Source of the DNA: Dictyoglomus thermophilum H-6-12
Lineage (GTDB): Bacteria; Dictyoglomota; Dictyoglomia; Dictyoglomales; Dictyoglomaceae
Assembly (NCBI RefSeq): GCF_000020965.1
Contig: NC_011297.1
Coordinates: 664,387 to 696,386 of the forward strand
Length of the DNA stretch: 32,000 bases
Direction: 5' to 3'
Below are positions 17,280-26,552 of the stretch, in pieces. How positions within the stretch are numbered: position 1 is the first letter of the stretch; every line of letters begins with the position of its first letter. Made by a program: the position numbers and the translations under genes. Below the pieces are notes generated by a model, which saw nothing but the letters and a program-made list of their open reading frames with translations, did not search any database and had not been told where the DNA came from.

Positions 17280-19367
17280 ATGAAATATGAAACTGAAAAT
17301 TTAAGAAATGTAGGACTTTTTGGACATGGGGGTGCTGGAAAGACAAGTTTAGCGGAGGCGATTCTCTATACTGCAAAAGTAATTGATAGGATGGGAAGAG
17401 TAGAGAATGGAAACACGGTATCGGATTTTGAGCCTGAAGAGATAAAAAGAGGTATTTCTCTAAGCTTATCTATTTTGCCTTTAGAGTGGAAGGGCAAAAA
17501 GATAAACTTGATAGATACTCCAGGATACGCAGATTTTATAGGAGAAATTATAAGTGCATTAAGGGCTGTGGATAGTATGCTTATTGTAATAGATGCAATT
17601 TCAGGAATACAGGTTCAAACTGAGAAGGTTTGGAGTATGGGTGAAGGAGAAAAACTTCCTGTTGCTTTTGTAGTTAATAAACTTGACAGGGAAAACTCGG
17701 ACTTTTTTGAGGTAGTTAAATCTATTCAGGAAAGATTTGGAAGTAAAGCTATTCCTATTTATATTCCCATAGGTAAAGAAGGTAATTTTAACGGTGTTAT
17801 TGATTTGTTAGAAGGCAAGGCTTATATATATAAAGATGAAAAAGGAGATGCTGAAGTTTCAGATATTCCCTCTGATTTAAAATCTGATTATGAAAAGCAC
17901 AGACAACAGCTTATTGAGACCATAATAGAGTTTGATGAAGAACTTTTACAAAAGTACTTAGAAGGAGAAGAAATATCTGGAGATTTAATCCTTAAGACTC
18001 TAAAGGAGGCTTTTAAAAATAGAGAGATCTTCCCTATTTTCCCTGTATCCTCTTTTAAAAATATTGGAGTTTCAAAACTTCTTGATGCTGTAGTTTCCTT
18101 CTTCCCAAGCCCTAAAGAACGTCCTGCTCTTCCTATAGAAGATACAAAAACAGGAGAAACAAAGACCATATCTATTGGTGAGAAAAATGGGCTTTTAGCT
18201 TTTGTATTTAAGACTTCCGCTGATCCCTTTGTGGGTAAGATAAGTTATGTGAGGGTTATTTCTGGGGTTCTAAGACCAGATTCTAACTTATTCAATGTAA
18301 ATAAAAGTGTACAAGAGAAGATAGGAGGACTTTTCTTCCAAAGAGGAAAAAATCAAGAGCCTGCTACCGAGATAAATGCAGGCGATATTGGGGTTATTAC
18401 TAAATTAAAGGAAACGTCTACAAACGAAACTTTGGGAGATAAAGATAATTCAGTAAAAGTTATTCCTGCTGAATTTCCTGAGCCAGTGTTTGCAGTAGCT
18501 GTAGTTCCTAAGTCTAGAGCAGACGAGGATAGAATGAGTACTGCTATTGCTAGAATTCTTGATGAAGATCCTACTTTGAGAGTTCAGAGAAATATTGAGA
18601 CCAATGAAACCTTAATCTATGGCTTAGGAGATTCGCATCTTGAGGTAGTAGTTGAAAGAATGCAGAGAAAGTTTGGTGTTAATGTAACTCTTGGTACCCC
18701 TCAAGTGGCGTATAGGGAAACCATAAGAGCTACAGCAAAGGCAGAAGGAAAGGTTAAGAAACAAACAGGTGGAAGAGGCCAATATGGACATGTATGGCTC
18801 GAACTTGAACCTCTTCCAAGGGGTGCAGGATTTGAATTTGTAGATAAGATTGTAGGCGGAGTAGTACCAAAGAATTATATACCAGCGGTAGAAAAAGGTG
18901 TAAGAGAAACGATGGAAAAAGGTATTCTTGCTGGATATCCTATTGTAGATGTTAGGGTGACGTTGTTTGATGGATCTTATCATGAGGTGGACTCCTCAGA
19001 TATGGCGTTTAAGATTGCAGCTTCTAAAGCTTTCAAAAAAGGTTTCTTAGAAGCCAAACCTGTTCTTCTTGAACCAATAATGATGGTAGAGATAACAGCT
19101 CCCGATGAATATACTGGAGATATAATTAGTGATTTAAACGGTAGAAGAGGAAAAGTAACCTCTATAGAGGCGTTAGGCAAATTGCAAGTGATAAAGGCTC
19201 TTGTTCCTCTTGCAGAAATGTTAAGATATTCTTCCGTATTAAAGTCTATAACTCAAGGAAGAGGATCATATTCTATGAAGTTTTCCCATTATGAAGAAGT
19301 TCCTGCAAAAATCCAAGAGGAAATAATTGCTAAAGCTAAACCTAGAGCTGAAGAAGAAGAGGAATGA
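17280..19367 (+). CDS. Elongation factor G-like translational GTPase (EF-G paralog group)
   Basis: 'GHGGAGKTSL' P-loop, 'RGISLSLS', 'DTPGYADF', 'VNKLDRE', full-length EF-G domain architecture ending in EEEEE. Confidence 0.88.
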   Translation: MKYETENLRNVGLFGHGGAGKTSLAEAILYTAKVIDRMGRVENGNTVSDFEPEEIKRGISLSLSILPLEWKGKKINLIDTPGYADFIGEIISALRAVDSMLIVIDAISGIQVQTEKVWSMGEGEKLPVAFVVNKLDRENSDFFEVVKSIQERFGSKAIPIYIPIGKEGNFNGVIDLLEGKAYIYKDEKGDAEVSDIPSDLKSDYEKHRQQLIETIIEFDEELLQKYLEGEEISGDLILKTLKEAFKNREIFPIFPVSSFKNIGVSKLLDAVVSFFPSPKERPALPIEDTKTGETKTISIGEKNGLLAFVFKTSADPFVGKISYVRVISGVLRPDSNLFNVNKSVQEKIGGLFFQRGKNQEPATEINAGDIGVITKLKETSTNETLGDKDNSVKVIPAEFPEPVFAVAVVPKSRADEDRMSTAIARILDEDPTLRVQRNIETNETLIYGLGDSHLEVVVERMQRKFGVNVTLGTPQVAYRETIRATAKAEGKVKKQTGGRGQYGHVWLELEPLPRGAGFEFVDKIVGGVVPKNYIPAVEKGVRETMEKGILAGYPIVDVRVTLFDGSYHEVDSSDMAFKIAASKAFKKGFLEAKPVLLEPIMMVEITAPDEYTGDIISDLNGRRGKVTSIEALGKLQVIKALVPLAEMLRYSSVLKSITQGRGSYSMKFSHYEEVPAKIQEEIIAKAKPRAEEEEE

Positions 19368-19576
19368 TAGAGAAGATCCAGGTTGGAGATATTTTAGAAC
19401 TTCCTAAGAAGCATCCTTGTGGTGGAAGCAGATGGATAGTGCTTTTTTCAGGGGTTGACATAAAACTTAAATGCGAAAAATGTGGAAGAATAGTAATGCT
19501 TCCTAGAATGGAGGTTAGGAGAAAAGCTAAAAAGGTGGGAGAAGTAAGTTTGGAGGAACTTTCGAAGTATGAATGA
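19364..19576 (+). CDS. DUF951-type small protein
   Basis: 'VGDILELPKKHPCGGSRWIVLFSGVDIKLKCEKCGRIVMLPR'; Cys residues and length typical of the family. Confidence 0.85.
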   Translation: MIEKIQVGDILELPKKHPCGGSRWIVLFSGVDIKLKCEKCGRIVMLPRMEVRRKAKKVGEVSLEELSKYE

Positions 19577-20684
19577 TTGGAAAAGGATTGTGGTAAAAGT
19601 AGGTACTTCAAGTATTACTGATGAGAGGGGAAATCCTTCTGGAGAAAAGATTTTGTCATTAGTTAGGGAATGTGTAAAACTTATGAGAGCTAATAAGGAG
19701 GTAGTGCTTGTATCGTCAGGTGCTATTGCCTCTGGCAGAGAAATAATGCAGAAGCTCTCTAAAAGGAAAGATCTTCCTGCAAAACAAGCTCTTTCGGCCG
19801 TTGGACAAGTAAGGTTGATGCAGTATTATTCTCAGCTTTTTTCTATATTTAAACAGCCTATTGCTCAAATACTTCTTACTGCAGAAGATCTCAGAGATAG
19901 GAAAAGGTATATAAATATCTCTCAAACCTTCGAGACATTAATAGAAGAAAAAGTTGTACCAATTGTTAATGAGAACGATACAGTAGCTGTGGAAGAAATA
20001 AAAATAGGTGATAACGATACTCTTTCGGCAAAGGTGGCTTGTGCTATTAATGCAGATCTTCTTGTAATCTTATCCGATGTGGAAGGATTGTATTCGGAAG
20101 ATCCTAATTTATCACCTAATGCTGTATTAATAAGAGATATCTATGAAATTGATGAAAAAATAGAGAAGATAGCTGGTCCAGGAAAAGGTACTGGTGGAAT
20201 GTATACTAAAGTACAAGCTGCTAAGATAGTAACAGAGGCGGGTATTCCTATGATTCTTGCAAAAGCAGATTTAGAAAATGTTCTTGAGAGAATAGTTCTA
20301 AAAAAAGAAAAAGTTGGAACGATGTTTTATCCAGTAGAGAGGCATCTAAATAGAAGGAAGCATTGGATGCTTTTTATGGCAAAACCTCAGGGAAAAGTAT
20401 ATATAGATGATGGGGCAAAAGATGCTCTATTGAAAAAGGGTAAAAGCTTGCTTCCTGTTGGAGTTAAAAAGATAGAAGGAGAATTTGTAAGAGGAGATAC
20501 GGTAAGTATTTTAGATCTTACTGGAGAAGAAATTGGACGTGGGATAACGAATTATGATAGTTCTGAATTGGAAAGGATAAAGGGTAAAAATACTGAGGAA
20601 ATAAAAAATATTTTAGGTGAGGATTTTTACGAGGAAGTAATTCATAGAAATAACTTGGTATTAATAAACCGAGGGGACTCTTAA
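19569..20684 (+). CDS. proB: Glutamate 5-kinase with C-terminal PUA domain
   Basis: 'VVKVGTSSI', 'LVSSGAIASGREIM', 'VPIVNENDTV', 'GDNDTLSAKVA', 'GTGGMYTKVQAAKI', PUA-like C-terminus. Confidence 0.95.
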   Translation: MNDWKRIVVKVGTSSITDERGNPSGEKILSLVRECVKLMRANKEVVLVSSGAIASGREIMQKLSKRKDLPAKQALSAVGQVRLMQYYSQLFSIFKQPIAQILLTAEDLRDRKRYINISQTFETLIEEKVVPIVNENDTVAVEEIKIGDNDTLSAKVACAINADLLVILSDVEGLYSEDPNLSPNAVLIRDIYEIDEKIEKIAGPGKGTGGMYTKVQAAKIVTEAGIPMILAKADLENVLERIVLKKEKVGTMFYPVERHLNRRKHWMLFMAKPQGKVYIDDGAKDALLKKGKSLLPVGVKKIEGEFVRGDTVSILDLTGEEIGRGITNYDSSELERIKGKNTEEIKNILGEDFYEEVIHRNNLVLINRGDS

Positions 20685-20700
20685 GAGTCCCCTTTTCTTT
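20673..20700 (+). terminator. Rho-independent-like terminator after proB
   Basis: Perfect palindrome GGGGACTCTTAAGAGTCCCC (20673-20692) followed by TTTTCTTT. Confidence 0.85.
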
Positions 20701-20709
20701 ACCATATTT

Positions 20710-20784
20710 TGGTGGAGGCGATGGGATTTGAACCCACGACCTCTTGCATGCGAAGCAAGCGCTCTCCCACTGAGCTACGCCCCC
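20710..20784 (-). tRNA. tRNA-Ala (anticodon CGC), CCA encoded
   Basis: Minus-strand GGGGGCG-TA-GCTC-AGTGGGA-GAGC-G-CTTGC-TTCGCAT-GCAAG-AGGTC-GTGGG-TTCAAAT-CCCAT-CGCCTCC-A-CCA folds as a cloverleaf; anticodon CGC at 20752-20750. Confidence 0.95.
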
Positions 20785-20815
20785 ATTTAATTATTTCTGT
20801 TAGATGTCTATTTAG

Positions 20816-20844
20816 TTTATAAGTGATAAAAGCCTTTTTGTCAA
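20816..20844 (-). promoter_or_regulatory. Candidate sigma70 promoter of tRNA-Ala
   Basis: Minus strand TTGACA (20844-20839), 17-bp spacer, TATAAA (20821-20816), about 32 bp upstream of the tRNA 5' end. Confidence 0.7.
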
Positions 20845-20868
20845 ATGTTTTTAAAAGAAATAAAATTG

Positions 20869-20874
20869 TATAAT
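20869..20874 (+). promoter_or_regulatory. Candidate -10 box for the MacB-like operon
   Basis: Perfect TATAAT ~50 bp upstream of the ABC ATPase start; -35 not convincing. Confidence 0.45.
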
Positions 20875-20924
20875 GTACCGTCTTAATAAAAAGAATCTTT
20901 CCTAGAAAGGATGTGAGAGAGAAA

Positions 20925-21632
20925 ATGGATGATATTTTTGTTTTAGAAAATGTGGTAAAGATATATAAAATGGATGGTGTAGAGACAGTAGCGCTGAATG
21001 GGGTTTCTTTAAGGGTAAAAAGAGGAGAATTCATAGCAATAATGGGGCCGTCTGGTTCGGGTAAATCTACCATGATGCATCTTATGGGTTGTCTTGATAG
21101 ACCTACGTCAGGCAAGATTTATTTTGAGGGAAAAGATGTATCTCAACTTTCTGATGATGAACTTGCAGAGATAAGGAATAAGAAAATAGGCTTTGTCTTT
21201 CAGAGCTTCTATCTTCTTCCTCGTTATGATGCCATTCAAAACGTAGAACTCCCTCTTATATATAGAGGGGTTCCTCCTAAGGAGAGAAAAGAGAAGGCAA
21301 AATTAATGCTTGAGAGAATGGGGCTTGGAGATAGATTACATCACAGGCCGACTCAGCTTTCAGGGGGACAGCAACAAAGGGTTGCTATTGCAAGAGCTTT
21401 GATTGTAGATCCTGTAGTTCTTCTTGCTGATGAGCCTACAGGAAATTTAGATTCAAAGTCCAGTCATGAAATAATGGAGCTTATCAGTAAACTTCATAAA
21501 GAGGAGAATTTAACTATTATACTTGTTACTCACGAGATTGATATTGCAAGTTATGCTGAAAAGATTGTTAGAATGCAAGATGGCAAGATAGTAGATATTG
21601 AGGATAAGAAGAGGGAGAAAAGCCATGTTTAG
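20925..21632 (+). CDS. MacB/LolD-type ABC transporter ATP-binding protein
   Basis: 'IMGPSGSGKSTMMHLMGCLDRPTSG', 'FVFQSFYLLPRYDAIQNVELPLIYRG', 'LSGGQQQRVAIARALI', 'LLADEPTGNLDSKS'. Track starts at GTG 20913; ATG 20925 likely. Confidence 0.93.
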   Translation: MDDIFVLENVVKIYKMDGVETVALNGVSLRVKRGEFIAIMGPSGSGKSTMMHLMGCLDRPTSGKIYFEGKDVSQLSDDELAEIRNKKIGFVFQSFYLLPRYDAIQNVELPLIYRGVPPKERKEKAKLMLERMGLGDRLHHRPTQLSGGQQQRVAIARALIVDPVVLLADEPTGNLDSKSSHEIMELISKLHKEENLTIILVTHEIDIASYAEKIVRMQDGKIVDIEDKKREKSHV

Positions 21633-22968
21633 GAAACTTATGTTTTCTCTTTTTATAATTTTTTTGTTACTTACAACTTTTGTCTTTGCCGAGGATTATT
21701 TAACTCTCGAGGATCTGAAGCCTTTGCTGACTAATTCTCCTCTCTATAAGATCTATCAAGCACAATATAATAGTAGCTTACAAGAATATTATCTTGCTTA
21801 TTCTAGTTTAAAACCACAACTTTCTTTACAGATATCCTATAATCAAGGGGAAACAAGTGTAACCTTAAATAATGTTACTTCTACAAGCGAATCAAAATCG
21901 GGAAATTTATCCTTAAATTTTTCTCAAATTCTTTTTACAAAAGGACAGGCGGGTATAAATGTAAAACTGGCTGAGTTAAATTTAGAACAAGCAAAGAACG
22001 ATTTCAAGAATAATGTTCAAAATTTATACTATCAATTTTTGCAAAACTTTTATAACCTATATCTTGCCCAGGAACAGCTAAAAATATATGAGGAGAGTTA
22101 CAAACTTGCTAAGAGGCAAGAAGAAGTAGCAGAGAAACAATTCAAAGATGGTCTAATAAATGAGATTAGTTTTATGGATTATAAGCAAAAAGCAAAACTT
22201 GCAGAGATAAATTATAATTCTGCAAAGAATAATTTAGAATTAAGTTATAAATCTCTTGAAAATCTTTTAGGCAAAACCCTTCCACGAAAACCTGTAAAAC
22301 TTGGTGTAAAATATGAGCCTGTTACCTATTCCTACGATGAGTTAATATCAAGGTTATATTCCAATAATTTGACCATTAAAAATTCCAAGCTTGATATTGA
22401 GAAAGCCAAGATAAATCTTGAAAAATCTAATATTCCTCCTTGGAATATCTCTGTCAGTGGAAGTTTTACTTCAGGGAATACTACTTATGCTTTATCTTTT
22501 GATACTCAGAATTATGTCCTTAATACTTCAATAAATCCAAGTTGGAGTACCTCGCAAAAAAATAGTAGTGAAAACATATGGAACTTTAGAATTTCTTTCA
22601 GTACACCTATATTAGATGGTGGTAGTAAAAATATTAGTAAAAATCAGGCTCAACTTTCTTTAGAGAGCTCTCAAATAAATTATGATAAGACTAAAAAAGA
22701 CGTAGAGCTTAGTTTTTTGAAAACTTACTATAATCTTTTAATAGCTCAAGAGAGCATAAAACAGAAAGAGCTTGTTCTGGAACAAAAGAAAGCTAATTTA
22801 GAGGCTCAAAAAATAAGATATAATCTTGGTTTGATCACGGATCTTGATCTTAAAAATTATGAAATTGATTATATGCAGGCAAATTACGATCTTGAAAGTT
22901 CAATCTTGAATTTTAATCTCCAGAAAGTTCAACTGTTTATTCTTTTAGGAGATTTGGAGGTGAACTAA
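21625..22968 (+). CDS. TolC-family outer-membrane efflux protein (with beta-barrel segments)
   Basis: Signal peptide MFRKLMFSLFIIFLLLTTFVFA; two helical-hairpin repeats each with a beta-rich segment ('KPQLSLQISYNQGETSVTLNN...' and 'PPWNISVSGSFTSGNTTYALSFDTQ...'). ATG 21625 overlaps the upstream stop; the track's TTG 21598 start is unlikely. Confidence 0.88.
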   Translation: MFRKLMFSLFIIFLLLTTFVFAEDYLTLEDLKPLLTNSPLYKIYQAQYNSSLQEYYLAYSSLKPQLSLQISYNQGETSVTLNNVTSTSESKSGNLSLNFSQILFTKGQAGINVKLAELNLEQAKNDFKNNVQNLYYQFLQNFYNLYLAQEQLKIYEESYKLAKRQEEVAEKQFKDGLINEISFMDYKQKAKLAEINYNSAKNNLELSYKSLENLLGKTLPRKPVKLGVKYEPVTYSYDELISRLYSNNLTIKNSKLDIEKAKINLEKSNIPPWNISVSGSFTSGNTTYALSFDTQNYVLNTSINPSWSTSQKNSSENIWNFRISFSTPILDGGSKNISKNQAQLSLESSQINYDKTKKDVELSFLKTYYNLLIAQESIKQKELVLEQKKANLEAQKIRYNLGLITDLDLKNYEIDYMQANYDLESSILNFNLQKVQLFILLGDLEVN

Positions 22969-22971
22969 TCT

Positions 22972-24003
22972 ATGTTTAAAAAATTTTTTATAGTTTTTAT
23001 GTCTCTTGTTTTATTGTGTTCTATATCTTTTTCTCAAGAGAAAAAAATATTGTCTATTGAAGAGGCTATAGACATTGCGTTGAAAAATAATGGGGATCTT
23101 CTAATAGCGAAGATTAACTTAGACAATGCTTCTCTCGATTATGAAAATAAGAAGAAAGATCCTACTACTTTGGTATTAGCCTTGAAACAATCTGAACTAA
23201 GTTTAAACCTTGAGAAAGTTAGATATGAAAATACCAAATTACAAGTCATGCAAAGTGTAAGGAATGCATATTTTAATGTTTTAGAGGCACAAGCTCAAGT
23301 TAGATTAAATGAAAAGCAATTGACTTATTATGAAGAGGTTTTTAATGCTACAAAAGCAAAATATCAGGTGGGAAATGCTACCGCAACTGATGTGAGTCAA
23401 GCTGAGTTAAACTATCTGTCTGCGGTGAATTCTTTAAAAACTGCCCAAAATAATTTAACAATATATTGGAGCCAATTTTGGCAAACTCTTGGAATATCAC
23501 CTATGGAGGGTGTGACTCTAAAAGAGCCTGAATTAAAATCATTCAGTTTTAATTTTGATGAATTGTTTAACATAGCTAAAGACAATCTTCCTTCTTTAGT
23601 GCAGGCTAAAAATAATGTTGAACTTTATGAACTTCAGGTCAAACTTTATGACAACGATTATACACCTAAGGCCACATTGATATCTGCAAAGAACTCTCTT
23701 GAAAGTGCAAAAAAATCTTATGAACAATCTTTAAATAATGCAAAAGTAACTATTGCTCAAAGATTAGAACAGCTTAATGCAAGTCTAAAGGACTTAGAAA
23801 TTCAACAAAAAAATTTAGATCTTGCTAAAGAAAATTACAAGATAGCACAACTTAAGTTTGATGCTGGTTTAATAACAAAAATTGATCTAATGAGTGCTGA
23901 AATAAACATCATAAAGGCTGAAAATAATTACTATTCTTCTCTCCATAATTATTGGAAAAATTTAGACAGTCTATCATTGGCTATAGGGAAAGCTCTTTAT
24001 TAG
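22972..24003 (+). CDS. TolC-family-like helical protein, short, apparently lacking beta-barrel segments
   Basis: Signal peptide ending FSQEKK; 'SIEEAIDIALKNNGDLLIAKINLDNA', 'VRNAYFNVLEAQAQVRLNEKQLTYYEEVFNATKAKYQVGNATATDVSQAEL', 'YKIAQLKFDAGLITKIDLMSAEINI'. Confidence 0.8.
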   Translation: MFKKFFIVFMSLVLLCSISFSQEKKILSIEEAIDIALKNNGDLLIAKINLDNASLDYENKKKDPTTLVLALKQSELSLNLEKVRYENTKLQVMQSVRNAYFNVLEAQAQVRLNEKQLTYYEEVFNATKAKYQVGNATATDVSQAELNYLSAVNSLKTAQNNLTIYWSQFWQTLGISPMEGVTLKEPELKSFSFNFDELFNIAKDNLPSLVQAKNNVELYELQVKLYDNDYTPKATLISAKNSLESAKKSYEQSLNNAKVTIAQRLEQLNASLKDLEIQQKNLDLAKENYKIAQLKFDAGLITKIDLMSAEINIIKAENNYYSSLHNYWKNLDSLSLAIGKALY

Positions 24004-24018
24004 TTGGAGGTTGAAATT

Positions 24019-25314
24019 ATGAAAAGGAAATTATTTATTATCTTTGTAATTTTGATTCTAGTAGGGGTTGGACTTTGGTGGGGATTTGGAAGAACAAACA
24101 AAGGTAATAAAAATAATGTTACTCTTAATACCTATACAGTAAGAAGGGGAGATTTAACTATTACTGTTTCTGGGAGTGGGATTTTAGAAGCTGAGAGAAG
24201 CCTTGATATAACAAGTAAGGTCTCAGGCACAGTGATATATGTAGTTGAAGAAGGTAAAAGGGTTAAAGAAGGTGATGTTTTAGTAAAAATTGATCCAACA
24301 GACTATCAGAATGCTTATCAGCAAGCTTTAATTGCTTATGAGAATTATGAAAATTCTTATGAACAAGCTAAGTTAAATTATGAGACTCAGAAAAGACAAC
24401 TTGAGAAAAATTTGAAAGACGCACAAATAACTAGAGATAATGCATATATAGAATATCAAAATGCTAAAAATAATCTTGAAAGGATCGAAGAATTATTTAA
24501 AAAAGGTTTTGCTTCCCAAAGTGATTTAGATACAGCAAAATTCAATTTTGAAAAGGCAAAGAATTCTTTAACTCAAGCAGAGTCTAATCTAAAATTGGTA
24601 AAGGAAAACTATGACAGCCAATTAAAAAGTTTACAAAAAGAACTTGAAGCAAGTAAACTTTCTTTGGAAAAGGCTAAGATAGATCTTTCGAACGCTAAAA
24701 GAAATTTAGAAAATACTATAATTAAAGCTCCCTTTTCAGGGATTGTAGCAAATGTAAACGTTGTTAAAGGCCAAAATATATCTTCAAATACGGTATTGAT
24801 GACTCTTCTTGATACTAAAAATGTGGAACTTTCTCTTGAGGTAGATGAAACAGATATTGGCAAGGTTTCAGTAGGTCTTCCTGTAAGAATCTCCTTGGAT
24901 GCTTTTCCTGATGAAGAATTTGAAGGTAAGGTTATTAGGATATCTCCTACAGCTACCATTTCTAATAATATTCCTATTTTTAAGGTAAGGGTCAGAATTC
25001 CTAATGAAGATTTAAGATTAAAGGTAGGAATGAGTGCCGATGGAGATATCATTCTTTTAGAAAGAAAGAATGTTCTTCTTGTTCCTCTAAAGGCTGTGAA
25101 AAAGACAGAAAGAAGAAGTTATGTGGAAGTATTGAAGCCAAATGGAGAAAGGGAACTGGTTAGGGTAACTCTCGGAGAAGATGATGGGACAAATGTAGTG
25201 GTTGAAAGTGGATTAAAGGAAGGAGATATAGTAATTCTTCCATCTTCAAGTACCACTTCTACCAGTAGAAATCAACAAGTTCAAATGAGAATTCCTGGAG
25301 TGCCTTTGAGGTAG
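24019..25314 (+). CDS. MacA-like periplasmic adaptor / membrane fusion protein
   Basis: N-terminal TM, lipoyl-like halves 'VSGTVIYVVEEGKRVKEGDVLVKID' and 'IKAPFSGIVANVNVVKGQNI', long coiled-coil hairpin. Track starts at TTG 24004; ATG 24019 more likely. Confidence 0.92.
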   Translation: MKRKLFIIFVILILVGVGLWWGFGRTNKGNKNNVTLNTYTVRRGDLTITVSGSGILEAERSLDITSKVSGTVIYVVEEGKRVKEGDVLVKIDPTDYQNAYQQALIAYENYENSYEQAKLNYETQKRQLEKNLKDAQITRDNAYIEYQNAKNNLERIEELFKKGFASQSDLDTAKFNFEKAKNSLTQAESNLKLVKENYDSQLKSLQKELEASKLSLEKAKIDLSNAKRNLENTIIKAPFSGIVANVNVVKGQNISSNTVLMTLLDTKNVELSLEVDETDIGKVSVGLPVRISLDAFPDEEFEGKVIRISPTATISNNIPIFKVRVRIPNEDLRLKVGMSADGDIILLERKNVLLVPLKAVKKTERRSYVEVLKPNGERELVRVTLGEDDGTNVVVESGLKEGDIVILPSSSTTSTSRNQQVQMRIPGVPLR

Positions 25315-25323
25315 GTGAAAGAT

Positions 25324-26541
25324 ATGATCTTAGAACTTATAAAAATGGCTATTAATAATTTTAATACAAATAAATTAAGGACATTTCTTACTACTTTAGG
25401 GATAATCATTGGTGTTGCTGCCGTGGTCACACTAATGTCCTTAGGAGAAGGAACTAAGGTTACAATTGAGAGGCAGTTTACCTCTTTAGGATCAAATCTC
25501 TTGACAGTTTTCCCGAGATTTGGAAGAGGAGTAGGGCTTGTAAGAGGTACTCCGAGAAGTTCAATTACCAATGATGATTATGAAGCTTTGTTAAAGGAAT
25601 TAGACCTAAGTAAGATTGTAGCAATAGTTCCTTATACCTCTAGAAATGTTCAGGTTAAATATAAGGCTCAGAATACAAATACACAAGTGATTGGTACATC
25701 TCCTGAGTATTTAAATTTGAGGGAAATTAAAGTGGCTAGTGGAGATTTCTTTTCTGAAGAAGAATATAAGGGAAGTAAAAGGGTTGCAGTTTTGGGATCC
25801 TCTGTTGCAGAGACATTATTTGATAATGAAGATCCTATTGGGCAAAGTATAAAAATTTCGGGTATTACTTTCAAAGTTATAGGGGTACTTGAACCTCAGG
25901 GTCAACTTGGTGGTTTTGCTAATCTTGATGATATGATATTTATTCCTTTGACTACTTTTCAAAGGAAAATTCAGGGAGGGAATTATTTAAACAGTATCTA
26001 TGTATCCGCAGTAAGTCCCGATGTAATGAATGATTTACAATCTAAAATAGAGGAGATTTTAAGGAAAAAACATAAAATAACAGATCCTAATAATGATGAT
26101 TTTGTAGTTCAAAATCAATTAACTATCCTTTCTTCATTGAACCAATCAATGCAGACTTTGACTTTGTTCTTGGCAGGAATTGCTGCTATTTCTCTTCTTG
26201 TAGGAGGAATAGGAATAATGAATATTATGCTTGTGAATGTAACGGAAAGAATAAGAGAGATAGGTATAAGGAAGGCTGTTGGGGCAAAGGCAAGATATAT
26301 CCTATATCAGTTTTTAATCGAGTCAGTTATTGTATCTGTTGCTGGTGGTATATTAGGGATACTTTTGGGAATTGTATTATCTCAAGTTATAAAATCTTTT
26401 TCAGGTCTTTCTGCTGTTGTAACTTTATATCCTGTGGTACTTTCCTTTACTGTTTCTGCACTCGTAGGAATTTTCTTTGGATACTATCCTGCTTATAGGG
26501 CTTCTAAATTAAATCCTATCGATGCCTTAAGATATGAATAA
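25324..26541 (+). CDS. MacB-like ABC transporter permease (FtsX fold with periplasmic domain)
   Basis: 'NKLRTFLTTLGIIIGVAAVVTLMSLGEGTK', 'LLVGGIGIMNIMLVNVTERIREIGIRKAVGAK', 'YPAYRASKLNPIDALRYE'. Track starts at GTG 25315; ATG 25324 likely. Confidence 0.93.
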   Translation: MILELIKMAINNFNTNKLRTFLTTLGIIIGVAAVVTLMSLGEGTKVTIERQFTSLGSNLLTVFPRFGRGVGLVRGTPRSSITNDDYEALLKELDLSKIVAIVPYTSRNVQVKYKAQNTNTQVIGTSPEYLNLREIKVASGDFFSEEEYKGSKRVAVLGSSVAETLFDNEDPIGQSIKISGITFKVIGVLEPQGQLGGFANLDDMIFIPLTTFQRKIQGGNYLNSIYVSAVSPDVMNDLQSKIEEILRKKHKITDPNNDDFVVQNQLTILSSLNQSMQTLTLFLAGIAAISLLVGGIGIMNIMLVNVTERIREIGIRKAVGAKARYILYQFLIESVIVSVAGGILGILLGIVLSQVIKSFSGLSAVVTLYPVVLSFTVSALVGIFFGYYPAYRASKLNPIDALRYE

Positions 26542-26552
26542 GGGGGATAAAA

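Noticed and set aside
17059-17376. 105-aa minus-strand ORF, Phe/Ile-rich
   Set aside because: Antisense to dut and EF-G-like starts and an A-rich intergenic region; composition artefact.
18624-18983. 119-aa minus-strand ORF antisense to EF-G-like gene
   Set aside because: No family signal, fully antisense to a strong CDS.
20699-21115. 138-aa minus-strand ORF
   Set aside because: It runs through the tRNA-Ala gene and antisense to the ABC ATPase start; translation has no recognizable family. Treated as spurious.
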